Positions 45,631 through 50,681 of a DNA stretch of 50,681 nt are shown in pieces. The notes beneath the pieces are model-generated. The model had not been told where the DNA came from and did not search any database. It was given only the letters and a program-made list of their open reading frames with translations. Positions within the stretch are counted from its first letter, which is position 1. The number at the start of each line of letters is the position of its first letter. The translations under genes were made by a program, and so were the position numbers. This DNA comes from a virus (Duplodnaviria > Caudoviricetes), in the IMG/VR virus record IMGVR_UViG_3300011335_000873, positions 1 to 50,681 of that record, one strand, 5' to 3'.

Positions 45631-46175
45631 AGTGAGGCATCCTGTACCATAGGGTCTGTGACTTTAGCTGCCGGACTAGAAGCTATCTGGCAGTGTAGCG
45701 GGTTTACACAATGCGCGTCAGAGCACGTAGATACAATATTTTCCTTTGAACTGAGTTCTACACCATGAAAAGAACTGTAGATGTATCTACGAGGCCGAGT
45801 GGCCAACTTTGATTCTGGGTCCATAAAACGGGTAATGTTTTTCGGTAAATGTAAATGTTCACGGAACGTGAAGTTTGTTTTATTCTGAGAAAGCCAAGCA
45901 TCGACCCGCTGAGCAACGGTGCGAGCGGCCTTCAGCTCGTCCAAACATGTCTGACAAGCAAACAGACCCTGGACCGGATGGACCCTGCTCAGGTCTGCTG
46001 TAGCCAGCACTAAAGGCTCGCTCCGGCTGCATTTGCAGTGCAGCGTGGAAGTTTTGGACTGCTCGACTACCCGGAACGAGTCTAAGTCGTATTCTTTTGA
46101 GACTGGCCCTTCAATAGGGTCGGTAGGCGAGCGGCAGAGCAAGCCAAATATAAATATATAGGGATCTTGGTACAC
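45486..46175 (-). CDS. Zn-binding protein with degenerate HNH (His-Me) loop and C-terminal HTH-like region
   Basis: CKC, CQTC, RPRRYIYSSFHG...VSTCSDAHCVNPLHC. Confidence 0.6.
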   Translation of the reverse strand: MYQDPYIFIFGLLCRSPTDPIEGPVSKEYDLDSFRVVEQSKTSTLHCKCSRSEPLVLATADLSRVHPVQGLFACQTCLDELKAARTVAQRVDAWLSQNKTNFTFREHLHLPKNITRFMDPESKLATRPRRYIYSSFHGVELSSKENIVSTCSDAHCVNPLHCQIASSPAAKVTDPMVQDASLWLQKGISSKTLQELIEVKYGVLLSMRTIDKLRKSASLLLKTQTCCVC

Positions 46176-46234
46176 GGAGGATATGAAGTGATATACGCCT
46201 TACCATAGCATAGGGTGTCTAGGTTGTACCTGGT

Positions 46235-46400
46235 AAACCAACTCTTTTTTTACTATCGGAACCTTGGTCCGAATTGCGGGTTGTCTGAGCTATTTAAATT
46301 GTTGCGTAATTGAGTGCTGAGTCTATTTAATATGTATACTATATTAATTTTTTAAATTATTTAAAATACTCAACTTATACGCAATTTACGACTCATTCTG
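46235..46400. repeat. non-coding AT-rich element, copy B
   Basis: Homologous to 6136-6335; the AT core is flanked by imperfect inverted TTGCGTAATTGAGT / ACTCAACTTATACGCAA. Confidence 0.75.
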
Positions 46401-46520
46401 GTTCTCCAAGCACTTTTTTTGGTTTACCTGCTTCCAAAACCATCGTGGGTAGGCTATAATTTAGCCCTTTTTCAAGTTCTGTGTTAGTATATAAGTAGTT
46501 CAACCAGCCTAGAGGTCTCT

Positions 46521-46682
46521 ATGGGTGTAGAATTACCTGTGCTTCCCGTTAAGCAGGAACTTCCAGATGTAAGTTTTTGGCAAGAGTGCCGAAAGCGAGC
46601 TGCTGTCTCTAACATTCCCGCTTGGAAGATTGCTGAAGAAGGGTTTTTGCATCCGACCAGGCTGCCCGTCCGCACGAATTGA
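46521..46682 (+). CDS. small hypothetical protein, 53 aa (not in ORF track)
   Basis: MGVELPVLPVKQELPDVSFWQECRKRA...; TATAAT upstream. Confidence 0.5.
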   Translation: MGVELPVLPVKQELPDVSFWQECRKRAAVSNIPAWKIAEEGFLHPTRLPVRTN

Positions 46683-46752
46683 TAAACCTCGGAATTACCG
46701 ATAAACTACGTTTAAGCTAGAATCTAAGTTAGGAGGGGTTTTAGCAGTAGTT

Positions 46753-47517
46753 ATGCCTGGTAATCCGCACGAACCTTCCCGCCATAGTTTTAATGGCCCC
46801 TCGTTCGGTGGGATAATTGGGGCGCTAACTAACTGTATCTACACAATTTCCGGCGTGGGAACAGCAACTTTTACACTTGATCCTAGCGGCTATCCCAGTA
46901 ATTTTACAGGGGTTGTTCGAGCTATTGAAGATCTTAATTTAACTTTATCGGGTGTTTCAACTCAAGCATCTGCTGTTGTTTCTGGTTTGGTCGGCGGTTC
47001 TGGCGTTTATATAACGACAAGCGGCGGTTCTTCTGTTATCAATGTTGGCATTATTGGAGAGGGAAGTACAAGTGTTGTTTATAGCGGTAGTCGCGTTGCA
47101 GTTTCTGGTCAGATAGTAAGCCCCACGATAATCTCGGGATCCCCTGGGTCCAATTATAATCCGGGCACCCTTTGGTACGACACCAACGAAGGTCGCCTTT
47201 TTGTTTATGCCAGCGGTAACGGGATCAGTGATCCCGCTTGGTATCAGACAAACGCTGAAGCTTTGGCGCTTAAGTCAGACCTCCCACCTTCCGGCGCAGG
47301 TTACAATGCCCCGCCGCGTGATGGCAGCCTGTGGTTCAATAACTTAGTCGGCAACTTGTTTGTCTACGATGCCACCAGCAGCGGTTGGTATGAAACCGGA
47401 CCCTCTCGCGGCGCAGCTTATGGTGTTGCAGCTCCTGCTCCAGGACAACAAGGCGGACTCTGGTACGATTCCGGTGCCGGTTCACTGCGTGTCTGGAATG
47501 GCACAGCCTGGGTTTAG
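46753..47517 (+). CDS. tail fibre-like protein
   Basis: Three repeats of GxLWYD/N...LFVY...W; ends LRVWNGTAWV. Confidence 0.75.
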   Translation: MPGNPHEPSRHSFNGPSFGGIIGALTNCIYTISGVGTATFTLDPSGYPSNFTGVVRAIEDLNLTLSGVSTQASAVVSGLVGGSGVYITTSGGSSVINVGIIGEGSTSVVYSGSRVAVSGQIVSPTIISGSPGSNYNPGTLWYDTNEGRLFVYASGNGISDPAWYQTNAEALALKSDLPPSGAGYNAPPRDGSLWFNNLVGNLFVYDATSSGWYETGPSRGAAYGVAAPAPGQQGGLWYDSGAGSLRVWNGTAWV

Positions 47518-47550
47518 TGGTATAATCTGATGGCAACTAAGAACAAATCA

Positions 47551-47670
47551 ATGGCTAAGGGACAAGAAAACAAAATTTCATCTAAACCAAAGCGCACCAA
47601 GCAAGGTCAAGGGCTTCACTCCAAAGCAAGCCATGGACGTAAAAAGACCCGTGGGCAAGGTCGAGGCTAA
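47551..47670 (+). CDS. small basic peptide of the KxxRGQG phage family, 39 aa (not in ORF track)
   Basis: MAKGQENK...KRTKQGQG...KKTRGQGRG; TGGTATAAT promoter at 47518-47526. Confidence 0.7.
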   Translation: MAKGQENKISSKPKRTKQGQGLHSKASHGRKKTRGQGRG

Positions 47671-47694
47671 AATGCAAGTAGTTACCGTGTAAAG

Positions 47695-48084
47695 ATGGCA
47701 ATTGTAAGTTTTCGTGCAGCAACAGCCATTACTGCCGGTCAACCTGTTACGGTAGCGTCCGGGGGAACTATCTATCCTTCGTCTGCTGCCAACGCTGTTA
47801 ATGCTCGTTGCGTCGGAATTGCTCTAGACACAGTAGCTGCCGGTGATCTAACTCGTGTAGATAAAGACAAAATTCAATATATTTTTACAGGACAAACTGC
47901 TGGGTCTGTGCCTTACTTATCAATAACTTCCGGGACTATTCAACCTACTTATACGGCATTCCAAACTGAAGTAAACGCTTCCGCATTTTCGGCGGTGTAT
48001 TGCGTTACGTTGGGTCGTGCTGTTTCGTCGTCTGGTATAAATATCGAGGTTAGTCGGCCTAGTCTGGTTTATACACCTGTTTAG
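47695..48084 (+). CDS. capsid cement / fibre-like protein (DUF2190-like)
   Basis: AATAITAGQPV...CVGIALDTVAAGD...LGRAVS. Confidence 0.6.
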   Translation: MAIVSFRAATAITAGQPVTVASGGTIYPSSAANAVNARCVGIALDTVAAGDLTRVDKDKIQYIFTGQTAGSVPYLSITSGTIQPTYTAFQTEVNASAFSAVYCVTLGRAVSSSGINIEVSRPSLVYTPV

Positions 48085-48139
48085 GACTTAGGCGTCAATA
48101 AGTGGTAAGATTAAAGTAGAACTTTGTGTTTAAGAGGTC

Positions 48140-48646
48140 ATGGCGGACAGGGCCATCTTTAACCGTAAATATACAAGTTTTTCTTCAGCAGGAACCGAAG
48201 TTTGGCTGATTAACGGTGCTGGTGTAACTACAACAGCTTCGGCCACGCAGTCTTTTACAGCAGGAGCCAATTTAATCCAAGGTGTTGTTGTTTATGTTAG
48301 CGGAACTCAAGTTTTTCCTGCTAGTGCCATCAGTGGTGTTGCCGCTTTTAACTATGGCGCTATTGGCATAACTTCCGCTTCTGCCGGTGTAACTTCAGGT
48401 ATTGCGGTGAATCTTGATGACGTTGCTGTTGTCAGTGCCGCAAACATAACTGCCGAATCTTCATTGATTCCCGGCGAGTACTACTACTTATCTAAGTACA
48501 CTGGGCAACTCACTCGGTACACAACTGCTTCCGGTTCGATTACCGCTTCCGGTACCGACAATTATCAAGCACTTGTTGGGCTCGGCGTGGCTTTAAGTAC
48601 GACTGAGCTTGAAGTTGAAATCAAACCCCCGACTTTATTGTGTTAG
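48140..48646 (+). CDS. capsid cement / fibre-like protein, paralogue of the previous gene
   Basis: FTAGANLIQG...LIPGEYYYLS...LGVALSTTELEVEI. Confidence 0.6.
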   Translation: MADRAIFNRKYTSFSSAGTEVWLINGAGVTTTASATQSFTAGANLIQGVVVYVSGTQVFPASAISGVAAFNYGAIGITSASAGVTSGIAVNLDDVAVVSAANITAESSLIPGEYYYLSKYTGQLTRYTTASGSITASGTDNYQALVGLGVALSTTELEVEIKPPTLLC

Positions 48647-48679
48647 ATCATTTAATATTTAAACACAGGAGCTTAACTG

Positions 48680-49708
48680 ATGCCTAATCTGCTTGATACT
48701 TTTTTAAAAAAAGTTCGTAATGAAAGTGAATATGTTAGACGTACTGTAGGTAAAGGGGACCTTCCTTATAGAGATACTCTTAAAGATACTTTTAGAGATA
48801 CTTTGCCTGCCGCAGTGTTTCCTTTCTATTTACAAAACATTCCCAGAGCTGCATACCATCTTCTAGAAAATCGTCTTAGCCCTCCTGTAGACGTAAAACC
48901 GCTGATAGATAAATTTAATGAAAAAATAGCACCTAGAACTGTCCCCTTTAATCCGGTAATTCCGCCGGATAAAACTGGACAAGGTGGGCGTAATTTAGAT
49001 GATCTTCCTCTAGATTTGTATAAAGATTATATAGACAAAATTTTAAAGGGACCACGCGAAGCATACTACGGAACTACCCGTTCTGATATAACCGGCGGTT
49101 TTGTGCGTGTTACTCCGCAAGCCGTAGAATCTAATCGTTTGTTATATAATCCTACGACCGTAGGTCATGAGTTTGGTCACGCTGTGTATAGAAATACACC
49201 TGAAGGGTTAAGAGATATCAGTTTAAGATTTAGGAGTGGAGGTTCTAAAGAAGGAAACATACCAGCACTCGTTGGTTTTAATCCTGCGACTAATCAAGAT
49301 AGAAGTCTTATACAAGCAGGTGTAGAAGGTTTACTTACAACTTTTTTAGATCCTCGTGTGCAAGCAACCGCTCGTGACGAGTCTATGGCAAATGTAGAGG
49401 GTCGGAAATTAGCAAAGTCAGCCGGTACTCCTTGGAGTATGACAGACCAACTTTTATCTAGATCAACTTATTATGGACATTCAGCAGGTAAAGGCTTTGC
49501 GGAAGGGGTAGTAGGTGAATTAGCAAATAGAGCTGCTGTCCAGGCATCTAAATTCTTAGCAGATTATATTGTTGACCCCGTGGGCAGATCATTAAGAGGA
49601 GGAGATGACACCGAAGCAGAGCATGCTTTAAGGCAGTATGGGTACACTCCTGAAAAATATAGATTAACTAGAGATGGGTTTAATTCTATTGATGTAGAAT
49701 CTAAGTAA
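48680..49708 (+). CDS. protein with HExxH zinc-metallopeptidase-like motif
   Basis: TVGHEFGHA with downstream DESMAN. Confidence 0.55.
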   Translation: MPNLLDTFLKKVRNESEYVRRTVGKGDLPYRDTLKDTFRDTLPAAVFPFYLQNIPRAAYHLLENRLSPPVDVKPLIDKFNEKIAPRTVPFNPVIPPDKTGQGGRNLDDLPLDLYKDYIDKILKGPREAYYGTTRSDITGGFVRVTPQAVESNRLLYNPTTVGHEFGHAVYRNTPEGLRDISLRFRSGGSKEGNIPALVGFNPATNQDRSLIQAGVEGLLTTFLDPRVQATARDESMANVEGRKLAKSAGTPWSMTDQLLSRSTYYGHSAGKGFAEGVVGELANRAAVQASKFLADYIVDPVGRSLRGGDDTEAEHALRQYGYTPEKYRLTRDGFNSIDVESK

Positions 49709-49768
49709 ATCGGATATGATTACTTTATTGTTTAAGTTAATAATTCCTAGTGTGATTCTGTTGTATTA

Positions 49769-49996
49769 ATGGCTGATGAGATTGCTAAAAAAAGAGATCC
49801 TGAGAAGTGGGCTCGTGCTAAGGCTAGAGCGCGAGCAAAATTAGGAGGCCATAGCGCACGGGCCATGCAGCTAGCAACTAAATATTATAAAGATGCGGGC
49901 GGGACTTATTCAGGCAAAAAATCTTCATCCAATCGCCTTAGCCGTTGGACCAAAGAAGATTGGCAAACAAAGGAAGAATATGAAAAAAATAAATAA
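49769..49996 (+). CDS. small basic protein (DUF5872-like, N-terminal half)
   Basis: SARAMQLATKYYKDAGGTY...LSRWTKEDW. Confidence 0.65.
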   Translation: MADEIAKKRDPEKWARAKARARAKLGGHSARAMQLATKYYKDAGGTYSGKKSSSNRLSRWTKEDWQTKEEYEKNK

Positions 49997-50019
49997 CAAA
50001 CGTAACGATCTAATTTAAA

Positions 50020-50238
50020 ATGACTGATCTAGCCCGCGAAAAAGGTAGAACTGAACGGTACTTGCCCCGCTCCGCTTGGGCTGCTTTAACTCCAGGAGAA
50101 CGTCAGGCAACTGATGAAGCCAAAAAATTAGCGACATCCGGCAATAAACCTGTGGGAACTCGTGTGCCTAACACCGATAAAGCTCGGGAAGCTCGTAGGA
50201 AAGCTTCGGAGTACATAAGGCGAAAATCAAAAACGTAG
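50020..50238 (+). CDS. small basic protein (DUF5872-like, C-terminal half)
   Basis: ERYLPRSAWAALTPGERQATDEAK. Confidence 0.6.
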   Translation: MTDLAREKGRTERYLPRSAWAALTPGERQATDEAKKLATSGNKPVGTRVPNTDKAREARRKASEYIRRKSKT

Positions 50239-50336
50239 TACTTTGGTTTTTATTAGTGTCGAAGCGGAGTAAACTGAAAATGATGCTCCTACTCTTTTGA
50301 CTTCGGGCGCTATACTGTATTTAGCATCTCAGAACC

Positions 50337-50681
50337 ATGGCTGCTCGTAAACCACTGGTTATTGTTAGCGGGTTATTTTCAGAGCTACCCGCTGGTGATA
50401 CTGCGGTAGTTCTTGCAGCTGCTCCTAGTGGTCTTATCTACGTATGGTCTTCGCTAGGCATTGACGGTTCAGCTCAAATTAGCGGTAACGCGGGTATATC
50501 TGCAGCTGTTATTGCACAAGCTTCCGGTAACGCAGCTTTAGTTGTTGGAGTTAACGCCTTAGCTAGCGGCAATCTTGGCGTAACGAATGCTGCTACGGAG
50601 CAAGCTTCCGGTAATGCCGCGTTAGTTGTCGGGACTACTGCTTTAGCTTCAGGTAATGCGGGTATTAGTTCGGCACTAACG
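50337..50681 (+). CDS. fibre-like protein with 14-residue ASGNA repeats (truncated by window end)
   Basis: MAARKPLVIVSG...QISGNA...QASGNA...LASGNL...QASGNA...LASGNA. Confidence 0.7.
   Translation, partial: MAARKPLVIVSGLFSELPAGDTAVVLAAAPSGLIYVWSSLGIDGSAQISGNAGISAAVIAQASGNAALVVGVNALASGNLGVTNAATEQASGNAALVVGTTALASGNAGISSALT

Noticed and set aside
1-50681. HIP1 (GCGATCGC) enrichment, diversity-generating retroelement, retron or alternative genetic code
   Set aside because: No HIP1 copies noticed, no reverse transcriptase, no TR/VR pair, and genes are intact under the standard code.

Overview
The window is a 50.7 kb piece of a tailed dsDNA phage genome, most likely a cyanophage. Host clues are an NblA homologue, a cyanobacterial-type Pho box and boxA, a tRNA-Leu(UAA) and AC-rich leaders without Shine-Dalgarno sites. 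Bases 1-10.8 kb form a minus-strand early-type operon of small genes ending in a DUF3150-like / MoxR-RavA AAA+ / vWA module, with the vWA gene broken by a 1-nt frameshift. Bases 10.85-11.95 kb are a non-coding control region: a 90-bp perfect purine-pyrimidine alternation, three tandem Pho-box repeats overlapping a TTGACA -35, an rrn-type boxA and about 770 nt of stacked hairpins. Bases 12-27 kb mix glycosyltransferases (GT47, GT2-like, GT4, GT17), methyltransferases, a glycosidase-like protein, putative ejection proteins and an intein-containing large terminase. Bases 27-50.7 kb hold portal, scaffold, major capsid, decoration and fibre genes, Dps, NblA, a muramidase-M23 fusion and several degenerate enzymes. 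No tape measure, tail tube, integrase or CRISPR array was recognised. The best novelty candidates are (1) a phosphate-regulated, antiterminated early operon with a long structured leader, (2) a virion O-glycosylation system with a Ser-Gly sequon, (3) a strand-biased CC(GC)GTGG motif, (4) a D-arm-less tRNA-like RNA and (5) a non-coding element duplicated 40 kb apart. All family calls come from motifs recognised by eye, and all counts are manual.
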